Origin: Anaeromyxobacter sp.
GTDB lineage: Bacteria > Myxococcota > Myxococcia > Myxococcales > Anaeromyxobacteraceae
Direction: 5' to 3'
NCBI GenBank assembly: GCA_049840735.1
Contig: JASGJN010000019.1
Location: 32,001-96,000, forward strand
Length of the DNA: 64,000 bases
A program made the position numbers and the translations under genes. Below, piece after piece: positions 35,789 through 46,384 of this stretch. The notes below the pieces were generated by a model. It saw only the letters and a list, made by a program, of their open reading frames with translations. It made no database searches and was not told the DNA's origin. Every line of letters begins with the position of its first letter. Position 1 is the first letter of the stretch.

Positions 35789-36608
35789 TCACGCCCACGG
35801 CCGCAGCCGCTCCAGCTCCTCGCGGATGGCCTGATCGTCCGGCGCGGCCTTGTGGGCGTCCTCGAGCCGCGCCACGGCCAGGCCGATGCGGCCGGCGGCG
35901 AGGTGGTCGAGCGCCTCGGCGTAGAGCTTCTGCGCCGCGGGCGAGCGCCCTGGCGCGCGATCGGGCAGCTCGCGCCCGAGCGCGTCGGCAGCGGCGGCGA
36001 TCTCGGCGCGATCGAAGATGGCGCGCCAGGCGCCGGGGCCGGGCGAGCGGGTCGGATCCAGCACCACCTGCCGGCGCGACACCAGCGCGAAGAGCGCCCC
36101 CACGGCGCGCTGCGGGCCCGGGCCGAAGGACTTCACCAGCGCCTCCACCGTCACGCCGCTGCCGATGCGGCGCAGCAGCGCCAGCTCCTCCGGCGCGAAG
36201 TCCACCAGGTAGCGGGGCGGCTCACCCAGGTAGACGCGCGAGCGGGCCGGCAGCCGCTCCGGGACGCGGCGCACCGCGCCGGCCGCCACGGCGTCGGCGG
36301 CCAGCAGCGCCTCGAACCAGCCGCGGTCGGTGGCGCCGGGGGTGAAGCGGATGCCCAGCCGCGAGGGCGACTGCGCGCGCGACCAGATCACCTTCCCGTG
36401 GGCGCGGATGGCGCGGCCCGGCGTCGAGAATCTCCAGGCTCACCTCGCGCCCGGGCTCGATCAGCCGCGGCGTCACCAGCTGGCACCCGCTGGGCCCGAG
36501 GTCCTCCGTCTCCGCCGCCCAGGACGAGAACCGGTGGCGGACCTGGACCGCATAGCGGGCCGGGAGGCGCGGGGCGCGCCTGGGGTTGAGGACGTCGGTG
36601 ACGTTCAA
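35789..36608 (-). CDS. PilZ-domain protein with helical C-terminus (frameshift ~36420)
   Basis: PRRAPR...EDLGPSG..GKVIW..LGIRF (RxxxR and D-x-[S/G]-x-x-G). Confidence 0.7.
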
Positions 36609-36800
36609 GATCGGGGACCTCTGCTGCGGGGGCCGGTGTGTATGCCAGGAACCTACTTGTCCTGGCAACAGGGGACGCGCCAACGCTCAACCGGGGCGCT
36701 CGAGCCACCAACCCGTGCTGATGGTGAGGAATTCCACTGCGAGCGGAATGAGACCTGTCCGTTGCGTCGCAGCGGGGGCCCGAAGCGCTAGGCTGGGGCC

Positions 36801-37921
36801 ATGGTGTCCCATCCTTCCCCGCACCGGATCGCCGACGGCGAGGTGCTGGTCTACCGGCTCTTCGACGTGGCCGACGCGGTGGATCTGGCCCGCGCCGAGG
36901 GGCTGGTGACCGCGCCCAGCTCGCGCCTGCGCCTGGAGGGCGTCCAGTCCTCCTCCGCCCTCGAGTTCCCGCGCCCGCCCATCCAGATCCGCGTGGGCCG
37001 CCGCAGCGTGCCGCTCTCGGGCGGCGCGCGCGAGGTCGAGGCGGTGGCGCGGGTCTTCGATTTCGGCGTGATCTCGATCTGTTACCGCCTGCCGGTGGCC
37101 GCCGGGACGGCGCTCGAGGCGCTGGTGCCGCTGGCCGAGGAGCTGTTCGTGGCGCCCGCCCCGGCGCTGGACGCCGAGGCGCGCCGCGAGGCCGAGGCGG
37201 TGGCCGCGGCGCTGGCGCCGGCCCTGGAGCGGCCGCACAGCTGGGAAGGGCTGGAGGGCTACCAGGTGGTGCTGGTGCGGCGCTGGGAGGGCGGGCCGGT
37301 CGCCGCCACCGACCTCCTGGCGGGGGCCCCCATCCCCGCGCTGCTGCTGGGCGAGACCAGCCACGTGGCCCTGTCGGCGGCGGAGCGGCAGGACGTCCTC
37401 TCCCACCACTGGTCCTACCTGGAGGACGACCTGGCGGTGGTGCACTGGAACAGCGCCCTGGTGGTCGAGCCTTCGGGGGTGGAGGACATCCCGCACCTGC
37501 TCGAGTTCGCGACCGCGCACCTGCTGGAGCTGCGCTACTACGACGCCCTGCTCGACGGGGCGCTGCACCGGCTCTACGACGACATGGAGCGGGGCGGCAG
37601 CCCGGTGCTCGACATCCTGACGCGCCGTTACCGGGGGCTGCAGCGCCGCACCGCCGCGCTGCTGCTGGAGCTCTCCGAGATGACGGAAAGGCTGGAAAAT
37701 GCGGTGAAAATCGTGGGCGACCTGTACCTGGCCCGCGTCTACCAGGGGGCCGTCCGGCGCTTCCGGCTGCCCGCGTGGCAGGAACCGTGCTGCGCAAGCA
37801 GCGGCTCGTCGCCGAGGTCAACGACCTGACCGGCGACGCGGCCGACGTGAGCCGCTCGGAGCTCCTGGAGATGGCCATCATCCTGCTGATCGTATTCGAG
37901 CTGGTGGCCGCCCTCCGGTGA
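36801..37921 (+). CDS. Conserved hypothetical protein (RMD1/DUF155-like; frameshift ~37783)
   Basis: YRLFDVA, FDFGVISI, LLELRYYD, GDLYLARVY, LEMAIILLI (C-terminal TM). Confidence 0.6.
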
Positions 37922-38016
37922 CGGACAGTGTGAGGATGAATCCCCCTGGGGCGCAACGATTCCGGGAGGCGATCGTCACGGCAGGCCCGTTTCAGGGTGA
38001 TCCGTGCGGTCGAAAG

Positions 38017-38045
38017 TTGACGCCGGGATCCGGAAGCGATATCAG
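38017..38045 (+). promoter_or_regulatory. Putative sigma70 promoter of the HU gene
   Basis: TTGACG-17 bp-TATCAG. Confidence 0.45.
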
Positions 38046-38101
38046 CAAACCACTCGCCGCGTCACAAAACCCTTGCGGCGGTAGGAGCGGGAGGCTTTCA
38101 C

Positions 38102-38389
38102 ATGACGCAGGCTCAGTTCTTCCAGGCGGTGGCCGAGGGCTCGCAGCTTTCGAAGGCCCAGGTTCGCGCGGTGTTCGCGGCGGTCGAGGAGGTCGTCACC
38201 AAGAAGCTGAAGGCCGAGGGAAGATCCCCCTGGGCGGCCTCGGCGCGGTGAAGCTGGTGGACCGCAAGGCCCGCATCGGCCGCAACCCGGCCACGGGCGA
38301 GCAGATCAAGATCCCGGCCCGCACCGCGATCGAGAATCGCGCCGGCGAAGGCCCTGAAGGACCTGTTCAACAAGAAGGCGAAGAAGTAA
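38102..38389 (+). CDS. HU-family DNA-binding protein (frameshifts ~38220 and ~38335)
   Basis: MTQAQFFQAVAE..LSKAQV..RKARIGRNPATGEQIKIPA..ALKD; GGAGG RBS. Confidence 0.85.
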
Positions 38390-38439
38390 CAGCGCCCTTG
38401 CTTGAGCGCGGCGGGGCCTCGCGCCCCGCCATTGCTTCG

Positions 38440-38471
38440 ACGCCCGCCGGCCCATCGCCGGCGGGCGTTTT
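38440..38471 (+). terminator. Rho-independent terminator
   Basis: acgcccgccggc-ccatc-gccggcgggcgt followed by ttt. Confidence 0.65.
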
Positions 38472-38496
38472 ACATTCGTGGCGTCCCGGAGGCCGC

Positions 38497-38928
38497 ATGC
38501 CGCTCGTGGTGATCCCCGCCGACACGCCCGCGCTGCGCGCGCAGGCCATGGCCCTGCGCCTCGAGGTCTTCGTGGGCGAGCAGCAGGTGCCCGCGGAGCT
38601 GGAGCAGGACGAGCTGGACGCGGTCGCCTTCCACGCCATCGCGCTGGAGGACGGCCGCTGCGTGGGCACCGGGCGGCTGGTCGAGCAGGCGGGCGGGGTG
38701 GGGCGGGTGGGGCGCATGGCCGTGGCCGCCACGCACCGCGGCGCCGGCGTGGGCGGGCGCGTGCTGGCGCTGCTGGAGCAGCAGGCGCGCGCCTCGGGGC
38801 TGGGCGGGATCGAGCTGCACGCGCAGGTGCACGCCGAGGCCTTCTACGCGCGCCACGGCTACCGCCCGCACGGCGAGCGGTTCGAGGAGGCCGGGATCGA
38901 GCACGTGATCATGCGGAAGGCGCTGTAG
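38497..38928 (+). CDS. GNAT acetyltransferase (ElaA/YjcF-like)
   Basis: LRLEVFVGEQ, VGRMAV..RGAGVG, LHAQ..FYARHGY, FEEAGIEH. Confidence 0.85.
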   Translation: MPLVVIPADTPALRAQAMALRLEVFVGEQQVPAELEQDELDAVAFHAIALEDGRCVGTGRLVEQAGGVGRVGRMAVAATHRGAGVGGRVLALLEQQARASGLGGIELHAQVHAEAFYARHGYRPHGERFEEAGIEHVIMRKAL

Positions 38929-38940
38929 GGCGCGATCCCT

Positions 38941-39244
38941 GCCCTTCGACTCCGCCGCCGCTTCGCGGCGGCTACGCTCAGGGCGAACGGGTGCCGTGGG
39001 CTTTGCGGGCCCGAGCGAGCCCGCCTGGCCGAGCGAGCCCGCCCGGCCTGAGCGAGCCTGCCTGGCCCGAGCGAGCCCGCCCGGCCTGAGCGAGCCTGCC
39101 TGGCCCGAGCGAGCCCGCCCGGCCTGAGCGAGCCCGCCTGGCCCGAGCGAGCCCGCCTGGCCCGAGCGAGCCCGCCCGGCCTGAGCGTGAACCCGTTCGG
39201 CCTGAGCGTAGGGCGCGCGACCAGCGCGCCCGGAGTCGAAGGCC
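38941..39244. repeat. Inverted pair of REP-like elements (38941-38990, 39193-39244) enclosing a ~19-bp minisatellite (~9 copies, 39009-39187)
   Basis: Unit gcc(c/t)gagcgagcc(c/t)gcc(t/c)g; lies between convergent genes. Confidence 0.9.
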
Positions 39245-39264
39245 AGGAGATCGAACGGCAGGGC

Positions 39265-39996
39265 TCAGCCCACGTGCAGCAGCGCCCGCACCGTGCTCAT
39301 GATGTCGGCGAACTGCACCGGCTTCTGCAGGTAGACGTCCACGCCCACCTCGATGGCCCGGGCGCGCGCGTCGGGGCCGCCGGCCGAGATGACCATCACC
39401 GGCAGGTCGGCCAGCGCCGCGTCGGCGCGCATCTGCTCCACCAGCGTGAAGCCGTCCATGACCGGCATGTACAGGTCGGTCATGATCAGGTCGGGCTTGG
39501 GCGAGCTGGCCAGGCGCTGCAGCGCCTCGTGGCCGTCGTGCGCGAACTCCACGTTCACGCGCGCGCCGCCCTTCTCGCGGAGCTTCTTGAGCGCGTACTC
39601 GTACATCTCGAGCACGTGCACGTTGTCCTCGACCACCAGCACGGTGAAGTCGCGCTTGGCCGGCCCGGGCGCCCGGGAGTTGTCCACGAGCGACGCCAGG
39701 CGCGCCTGGTGGCCCGGGTCGAGCACCCGGACCGCGACCCCGGGGGGGCCCTCGGCCGCGGAGGTCCGGACGCGGACCACCTCGACCTCGACCTCGACCG
39801 GATCGAGCAGGCCAGGGAAGCTGACGACCAGGGGGACGCGCTGCCCCACCTGGAGGTCGCGCTCGGTGCGGATGAACAGACCGCTGGCGGACAGGTTCTC
39901 GGTGGCGTCCCGGACAGCGGCCGGAAGCCCCGGGTAGTCGACCCGGAGGATCAGGGGGACGCGTGCGTCGCGACGCTTCTCTTTGCCGTGCTCCAT
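39265..39996 (-). CDS. PilZ + receiver-domain response regulator
   Basis: RRDAR, ENLSASGLF; VLVVEDN, TDLYMPVMDG, KP. Confidence 0.9.
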   Translation of the reverse strand: MEHGKEKRRDARVPLILRVDYPGLPAAVRDATENLSASGLFIRTERDLQVGQRVPLVVSFPGLLDPVEVEVEVVRVRTSAAEGPPGVAVRVLDPGHQARLASLVDNSRAPGPAKRDFTVLVVEDNVHVLEMYEYALKKLREKGGARVNVEFAHDGHEALQRLASSPKPDLIMTDLYMPVMDGFTLVEQMRADAALADLPVMVISAGGPDARARAIEVGVDVYLQKPVQFADIMSTVRALLHVG

Positions 39997-40041
39997 GCGG
40001 GTGAAGGGAATATATCGCGGCGCGGAGGCGGGCGGTTCTCC

Positions 40042-40070
40042 TTGACAGTCCTACACCCCCTCACTAGCCT
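40042..40070 (+). promoter_or_regulatory. sigma70 promoter of nuoEFJK
   Basis: TTGACA-17 bp-TAGCCT. Confidence 0.65.
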
Positions 40071-40103
40071 GCCCCGGCATTTGGCCAGGCATCTCAGACC
40101 TTT

Positions 40104-40619
40104 ATGACCAATCCAGGTGCTGTGAGCGCGGCAGGCGACCTGCCGCGCGAGAAGGTCGAGCACTTCGACCGCGAGCTGGCCGGCATCCTCCAGCGCTATC
40201 CGCCGGACCGGAAGGCCGCCGCCATGATCCCAGCCCTGCGGCTGGGGCAGGAGCTGTTCGGCCACGTGTCACCGGGCGTGCAGGCCCTGGCGGCCGACCG
40301 GCTGGGCGTCTCGCCGGCCCGCGCGGAGGAGGTCGCGACCTTCTACGTGATGTTCCACACCGAGCCGGTGGGGCGGCACGTGGTCGAGGTCTGCACCAAC
40401 ATCTCCTGCTGCCTCTCCGGCGCCGAGCGGCTCTGGGAGCACCTCAGCCGCAAGCTGGAGGTGAAGAACGGCGGCACCACCGCCGACGGGCGGATCACGC
40501 TGCGCGAGGTCGAGTGCCTGGGGTCCTGCGGCACCGCCCCGGCCATGCTGATCGACGAGGAGATGCACGAGCGGCTCTCGCTGGATCAGGTCGACCGGAT
40601 CGTCGGGGGGCTCGAGTGA
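40104..40619 (+). CDS. nuoE: NADH-quinone oxidoreductase subunit E
   Basis: VATFY, CTNISC, ECLGSC..AP. Confidence 0.93.
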   Translation: MTNPGAVSAAGDLPREKVEHFDRELAGILQRYPPDRKAAAMIPALRLGQELFGHVSPGVQALAADRLGVSPARAEEVATFYVMFHTEPVGRHVVEVCTNISCCLSGAERLWEHLSRKLEVKNGGTTADGRITLREVECLGSCGTAPAMLIDEEMHERLSLDQVDRIVGGLE

Positions 40620-41938
40620 GCGACACCCTCATCATCACCCGCCGCTGGGGCAAGCCGGACTCCGCCGCGCTCGAGACCTACCGCGCCGACGGCGGCTACC
40701 AGGCGCTGGAGAAGGCGCTGGGCATGGCGCCGGGCGCCGTCGTGGACGAGGTCAAGGCGTCCAACCTGCGCGGCCGCGGCGGCGCCGGCTTCGCCACCGG
40801 CCTCAAGTGGACCTTCCTGCCCAAGGACGTCCGGCCCCGTTACCTGACGGTGAACGCCGACGAGTCCGAGCCCGGCACGTTCAAGGACCGCTACATCATC
40901 GAGCACGACCCCCACCTGTTGATCGAGGGGATCGCCATCACCTGCGTCGCGCTCGACATCCACCGCGCCTACGTCTACATCCGCGGCGAGTTCGCCAAGC
41001 AGGCCCGCATCCTGGAGCAGGCGCTCGAGGAGGCCCGGGCGGCCGGCATCATCGGGGCCAAGGTGCTGGGGCGCGACTTCGACCTCGAGGTGCACGTGCA
41101 CCGCGGCGCAGGCGCGTACATCTGCGGCGAGGAGTCGGCGCTGCTCGAGTCACTGGAGGGGAAGAAGGGCTACCCCCGGCTCAAGCCGCCCTTCCCGGCC
41201 GTGGTCGGGCTCTGGGGCAAGCCGACCATCATCAACAACGTCGAGACCATCGCCAACATCCCCTGGATCGTGGCCAACGGCGGCGCGGCCTTCGCGGCGC
41301 TGGGCACCGGCAAGTCCGGCGGCACGCGCCTCTTCTGCGTCTCGGGCCACGTGAACCGGCCCGGCGTCTACGAGAAGCCGGTCCACTACAACCTGAAGAA
41401 GCTGATCATGGAGGACTGCGGCGGGATCGTGGGCGGCCGGAAGGTGAAGGCCGTGATCCCGGGCGGCTCCTCCGCGCCGATCCTCGCGGCGCACGAGATC
41501 GACGTCTCCATGGAGTTCGACGCGCTCAAGGCGGCCGGCACCATGGCCGGCTCGGGCGGCATCATCGTCTTCGACGAGTCCACCTGCATGGTCCGGGCGC
41601 TGGCCCGCGTGGCCAAGTTCTACGCCGAGGAGAGCTGCGGCCAGTGCACCCCCTGCCGCGAGGGCACCTCGTGGATGGAGGGCGTGCTGGAGCGGCTCGA
41701 GCACGGCCACGCCAGCGAGGCCGACGTGGCCAAGCTGGACCAGCTGGCCAGCAGCATCATGGGCATGACCATCTGCGCCCTGGGCGACGCCGCCGCCATG
41801 CCGGTCCAGTCGTTCCTGAAGAAGTTCCGCGACGAGTTCGTGCAGCACGCCCGCGAGCGCCGCTGCCCGCACGGCGACAGCGCCTGGGGGCTGGAGCAGG
41901 CCTCGCGCCAGGCGCAGGTCGGGGCGATCGTCTACTGA
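40616..41938 (+). CDS. nuoF: NADH-quinone oxidoreductase subunit F
   Basis: LRGRGGAGF, NADESEPGTFKDR, GAGAYICGEE, ESCGQCTPCREG. Confidence 0.96.
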   Translation: MSDTLIITRRWGKPDSAALETYRADGGYQALEKALGMAPGAVVDEVKASNLRGRGGAGFATGLKWTFLPKDVRPRYLTVNADESEPGTFKDRYIIEHDPHLLIEGIAITCVALDIHRAYVYIRGEFAKQARILEQALEEARAAGIIGAKVLGRDFDLEVHVHRGAGAYICGEESALLESLEGKKGYPRLKPPFPAVVGLWGKPTIINNVETIANIPWIVANGGAAFAALGTGKSGGTRLFCVSGHVNRPGVYEKPVHYNLKKLIMEDCGGIVGGRKVKAVIPGGSSAPILAAHEIDVSMEFDALKAAGTMAGSGGIIVFDESTCMVRALARVAKFYAEESCGQCTPCREGTSWMEGVLERLEHGHASEADVAKLDQLASSIMGMTICALGDAAAMPVQSFLKKFRDEFVQHARERRCPHGDSAWGLEQASRQAQVGAIVY

Positions 41939-41967
41939 TTGGTCTCCGCCGCAGGGGAGGTTCCAGC

Positions 41968-42474
41968 GTGAGCGTCACACCGGAGCAGGTCACCTTCTGG
42001 ATCTTCGCCGTCCCCCTCGTGGCCACGGCCGCCGGGGTGGTGGCCGCGCGCAGCCCCGTCTACGCCGCCATGAACCTGGTGGCCGCGTTCTTCTTCATGG
42101 CGGGCATCTACGTGCTGCTGGTGGCCCACCTGATCGCCTTCATGCAGATCCTGGTCTACGCCGGCGCGGTGATGGTGCTCTTCCTCTTCGTGATCATGCT
42201 GCTCTCGCTGGGCAACGAGCACCTGGAGAAGGAGCGCCACCGGGCCATGCAGTGGGCGGGCGCGGTCGGCGCCATCATGCTGGTGACGGTCATCGCCGTG
42301 GCCATCGCCGACGTGCAGACGGGCGAGCCGGCCCAGCTGCCGGCCGACTTCGGCGAGGTGAAGGCGGTGGGCTGGGTGCTGTACACGAAGTACCTGCTCC
42401 CCTTCGAGGCCACCAGCCTGCTGCTGCTGGCCGCCATCGTGGGCGCCGTGGTCGTCGCCAAGGAGCGGATCTGA
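41968..42474 (+). CDS. nuoJ: NADH-quinone oxidoreductase subunit J
   Basis: QILVYAGAVMVLFLFVIMLL, YLLPFE. Confidence 0.93.
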   Translation: MSVTPEQVTFWIFAVPLVATAAGVVAARSPVYAAMNLVAAFFFMAGIYVLLVAHLIAFMQILVYAGAVMVLFLFVIMLLSLGNEHLEKERHRAMQWAGAVGAIMLVTVIAVAIADVQTGEPAQLPADFGEVKAVGWVLYTKYLLPFEATSLLLLAAIVGAVVVAKERI

Positions 42475-42475
42475 C

Positions 42476-42778
42476 ATGGTACCGCTCGACCACTACCTGC
42501 TGCTGGCCGCCATCCTGTTCGGCATCGGCTTGCTGGGCGTGCTGCTGAAGCGCAACGCGCTCATCGTGATGATGAGCGTGGAGCTGATGCTCAACGCCGC
42601 CAACCTCACCTTCCTGGCCTTCGCGCGCCAGCACGCCGACCTGGGCGGCCACGCCATCGCCTTCTTCGTGATCGCGGTGGCGGCGGCCGAGGCGGCGGTG
42701 GGCCTGGCGGTGGTGATCGCCATCTACCGGACCCGCGGCGCGGTCAACGTGGACGAGGTCCGGGCCCTGCGCGAGTAG
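42476..42778 (+). CDS. nuoK: NADH-quinone oxidoreductase subunit K
   Basis: ELMLNAANL, VAAAEAAVGLA. Confidence 0.95.
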   Translation: MVPLDHYLLLAAILFGIGLLGVLLKRNALIVMMSVELMLNAANLTFLAFARQHADLGGHAIAFFVIAVAAAEAAVGLAVVIAIYRTRGAVNVDEVRALRE

Positions 42779-42816
42779 CACACCGGAGCCCTTGGCGCGC
42801 CGCGGCGACTGCGCCT

Positions 42817-42866
42817 GCCCTTCGACTCCGCCGCCGCAGGGCGGCGGCTACGCTCAGGGCGACCGG
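42817..42866 (-). repeat. REP-like element downstream of nuoK
   Basis: gcccttcgactcc-gccgccgcagggcggcggc-tacgctcagggcgaccgg. Confidence 0.85.
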
Positions 42867-42965
42867 ATGGCGAGCGGCGGGGATGGCCGACCGCGGCATC
42901 GCGTCCGGGGACGGGCCCGATGATTGCCGCGCGCCCGGCGGGTGCGGCGGGGTAAGCTCGGGCCA

Positions 42966-43888
42966 ATGCTCGCGCGCTGCGCCAGGTGTCAGGGCGACTT
43001 CACGACCGATAGCTTCGGGCTCCAGCGGTGTCCTCACTGCGGGTCGGAGCTCCTGCTGGCCGACCCCAACGCCCCGGCCGCGCCGCCGCCCGGCGACGCG
43101 ACCGCGCCGGATCAGGGCAGCCCGCCGCCCGGCGGCTCGCCTCCCCGGGCTGGGTCCCGCCGTCCGTCCCGCCGCCGCCGCCGCCGCCCGCGCTCGAGCA
43201 GCTGCCGGCACCGTTCGCCGACCGCACCCGGCTGGGCTTCTTCCCCTCGTTCTGGGAGACCCTCAAGCTGATCGTCAGCCGCCCGACCGAGTTCTTCGGG
43301 CGGGTGCGGATCGACCAGTCCGGCTCGGCCATCCTCTTCGCGGCGCTGTCCATCACGGCGGGCGCGCTCTTCGAGACGCTCTACGCGCTGCTCCAGCAGC
43401 AGGGGATGCTCGCCGCCCTGCAGCAGTTCTCCCAGCAGTACGGGCTGAGCCCGGAGCAGGTGAGCACCTTCGAGCACCTGATCCGGGCGCAGGGCTTCCT
43501 GATGCTGCCGGTGACGGTCGCGGTCCACCTGGTGGCGCTGTTCGCGAGCGCCGGCGTCTTCCACCTCTGCCTGATGCTCTTCCGCGGCGCCAACCGCGGC
43601 TTCGACGCCACGCTCACCGTGGTCGCCTACGCGTTCGGGCTGCACCTGCTGATGGTGGTCCCGTTCTGCGGATCGACGGTCGCCCTGGTCTGGGAGGTGG
43701 TGGTGGTGATCATCGGCCTGGGCGCCGCCCACCGCTGCGGCACCGGCAAGGCGGCGGGCGCGGTGCTCACGCCGCTGCTGCTGGGCATCTGCTGCCTGTG
43801 CACCTGCCTGTTCGCGATGATCATGGCCGCTGCCAGCGCGGTGGGCCAGGTGCTCCACGGCGCCAACCCCGGCTCCGTGAACATGTGA
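42966..43888 (+). CDS. Zinc-ribbon + YIP1-family membrane protein (frameshift ~43140)
   Basis: CARC..CPHCG; PTEFF; five TM segments; FDATLTVVAYA. Confidence 0.75.
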
Positions 43889-43895
43889 GGGGGCG

Positions 43896-44291
43896 ATGAT
43901 CCGCTGGGAGCGCACGCGCGGGTTCGGGTTCACGGAGGTCTACGCGTGCATCGCGGGGCTCTCCTTCCTGGTCGCGCGCTTCGTCCCGGTGCTCTCGCTC
44001 CACTTCCCGTGCCCGCTCAAGACGCTGGCCCATACGCCCTGCGCCACCTGCGGGATGACGCACGCGTTCGTCTACCTGGCGCACGGGCGCGTGCTCGACG
44101 CGCTCGCCTGGAGCCCGCTGGGCGCGCTGCTGGCGGGGCTGGCCTGGACCTTCGCGCTGGCCGACGCGGTCCGCCTCGCGGCCGGCTGGCCGCTGCCCGT
44201 CCCTGACCAGCGCCTGGTCCGCCCGCTGGTGGTGGCGGGCCTGGCGGCGATGCTGGTCAACTGGGCCTACCTGGTGGTGAGGAACGCATGA
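43896..44291 (+). CDS. DUF2752-like membrane protein
   Basis: CPLK...PCATCGMTHAF...PLG. Confidence 0.75.
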   Translation: MIRWERTRGFGFTEVYACIAGLSFLVARFVPVLSLHFPCPLKTLAHTPCATCGMTHAFVYLAHGRVLDALAWSPLGALLAGLAWTFALADAVRLAAGWPLPVPDQRLVRPLVVAGLAAMLVNWAYLVVRNA

Positions 44292-44905
44292 GCACCAACG
44301 TCCTGGGCGCGCTGCTGGTGGCCTTCGGCTACCTCTGCGGCTCCATCCCCTTCGGCGTGGTGCTGGGCCGGCTGGTGGCCGGCGTGGATCCGCGCACCAT
44401 GGGCTCCGGCAACATCGGCGCCACCAACGTGGCCCGCGCGGGCGGCAAGAAGCTGGGCGCGGTGGTGCTGCTGCTGGACGCGCTCAAGGCGCTGCTGCCC
44501 ATCCTGCTCGCCCGCTGGCTGCTGTCCGGCGCCGCCCCGGCGGAGGCGGAGGCCTGGACCATGGGCGTGGCGGTGGCGGCGTTCGTGGGCCACCTCTTCC
44601 CGGTCTGGATCGGCTTCAAGGGCGGCAAGGGCGTGGCCACCGGGCTGGGCATCTTCCTGGTGCTGGCCCCCTGGGCGGCGCTGGCGGGCGTGGTGGCCTA
44701 CGCGGCGGTCTACCTGGCGACGCGCACCTCGTCGCTGGGCTCGCTCACGGGCACGGCGGTCTGCTGCGCGGGCACCTTCCTGCTGCTGGGCGCCAGCCGC
44801 CCAGCCCCCTGGGCTGGCCTGGTCATCGCGCTCCTGGTCGTGCTCCGCCACCGCGAGAACATCCGGCGGCTGGTGATGGGCGAAGAGAAGAAGATGCGGC
44901 TCTAG
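44288..44905 (+). CDS. plsY: Glycerol-3-phosphate acyltransferase PlsY
   Basis: GSIPFG, GSGNIGATN, GHLFP..FKGGKGVAT, RHRENI. Confidence 0.95.
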   Translation: MSTNVLGALLVAFGYLCGSIPFGVVLGRLVAGVDPRTMGSGNIGATNVARAGGKKLGAVVLLLDALKALLPILLARWLLSGAAPAEAEAWTMGVAVAAFVGHLFPVWIGFKGGKGVATGLGIFLVLAPWAALAGVVAYAAVYLATRTSSLGSLTGTAVCCAGTFLLLGASRPAPWAGLVIALLVVLRHRENIRRLVMGEEKKMRL

Positions 44906-44974
44906 GGGTCGCGTCCTTCCGCATTACCCTTTCGGCCCCGCGGGGGCGCTCCCGGCCCTGTCCGATCCACCCCC

Positions 44975-45022
44975 TTGACCGCTCGCCCGGCTTGTCGGTA
45001 CTTTGTCTCAGTCGCTGAGACA
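44975..45022 (+). promoter_or_regulatory. Putative promoter with adjacent palindromic operator
   Basis: TTGACC-18 bp-TACTTT, then TGTCTCAG-tcg-CTGAGACA. Confidence 0.45.
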
Positions 45023-45089
45023 TGGTTGCAACACGGCGGTCCGGGCTGGGCGCCGGGCAACCAGCAAAAACAACAAGGACGGAGACGGG

Positions 45090-46384
45090 ATGGGGCGCAA
45101 GTCACCCGATTCGCTGGATACCCTTGTCCGGGTACCAACTGGCCATGAGTCGCAACAGCGGTGGCGGTCAGGCGCGGCAGCAGGCCTCGCGGCGGTGGCC
45201 CTGGCCTGCTCCGGCGGCGGTGAGCCGGTCGTGGCCGCGCCGGTGCCGCTCTCGCCGATGGCGGCCCTGGGCGAGCAGAATCTTCAACGACGAGGCGCTG
45301 TCCGCCTCGGGGCAGATGGCCTGCGCCTCCTGCCACGACTCGGAGAGCTTCGGCGCGCCGCCCAACGACCTGCCGGTGCAGCTGGGCGGGCCGGGGCTCG
45401 ATCAGGCGGGCACGCGGCAGTCGCCGTCGATCCGCTACCTGTCCTTCAACACGGCCTTCTTCTTCGACGGCGAGGGCACGCCCACGGGCGGCTTCTTCTG
45501 GGATGGGCGCGCGGCGTCGCTGGCCGACCAGGCCAAGCAGCCGTTCCTGAACCCGGTCGAGATGGCCAACGCCGACGCGGCCGACGTGGTGGCCAAGGTG
45601 GCGGTGGCGCCCTACGCCGAGGCCTTCCGGCAGCTCTTCGGCGAGGACGTCTTCGACGACGTGGACGGCGCCTACGAGCGCATCGCCCTGGCGCTGCAGC
45701 AGTACCAGCGCGAGGACGCCGACCTGCGCGCCTTCACCAGCAAGTACGACGCCTTCCTCCGCGGGCAGGCGCAGCTGACGCCGCAGGAGCGGCGCGGGCT
45801 GGCGCTGTTCAACTCGCCCACCAAGGGCAACTGCGCGGGTTGCCACCCCTCCGGCCGCGGGGCGGACGGGGCCATGCCGCTCTTCACCGACTTCACCTAC
45901 GACAACCTGGGCGTCCCGCGGAACCCCGCCATCCCTGCCAACCAGGACCCGGACCACTTCGACCTGGGGCTCTGCGCCCGCGTGAACGGGGACCTGGCCG
46001 GGCGCCCGGACCTGTGCGGCGCCTTCAAGGTGCCCTCGCTCCGCAACGTGGCGCAGCGGAAGGTCCTCTTCCACAACGGCCGGTTCACCACGCTGCGCGA
46101 CGCCCTGACCTTCTACGTCCAGCGCGACACCAACCCGGAGAAGTTCTACCCGGTGGGCGAGGACGGCCAGGTGCGGAAGTTCGACGACCTGCCGGCGGAG
46201 TACCACCGCTACGTCAACACCACCGAGGCCCCCTACAACCGCCGGCCCGGCGACGCCCCGGCGCTCTCCGACGCCGAGAATCGACGACGTGATCGCCTTC
46301 CTCCAGACCCTCGACGACGGCTGGATCCCGCCCGCCGTCGAGCCCGACGCCGCCTCCCTCCTCGCCGCCGAAGGACAGCCATGA
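45090..46384 (+). CDS. Di-heme cytochrome c peroxidase/MauG-superfamily lipoprotein (frameshifts ~45279 and ~46279; start uncertain)
   Basis: CASCH and CAGCH heme motifs, FFWDGRA, FKVPSLRNV, FHNG; LAC lipobox. Confidence 0.85.

Noticed and set aside
33848..35798. Repeat-protein ORFs across the array
   Set aside because: Unit lengths (208-219 bp) do not preserve frame, and ORFs appear in all frames: shadows of GC-rich palindromic DNA.
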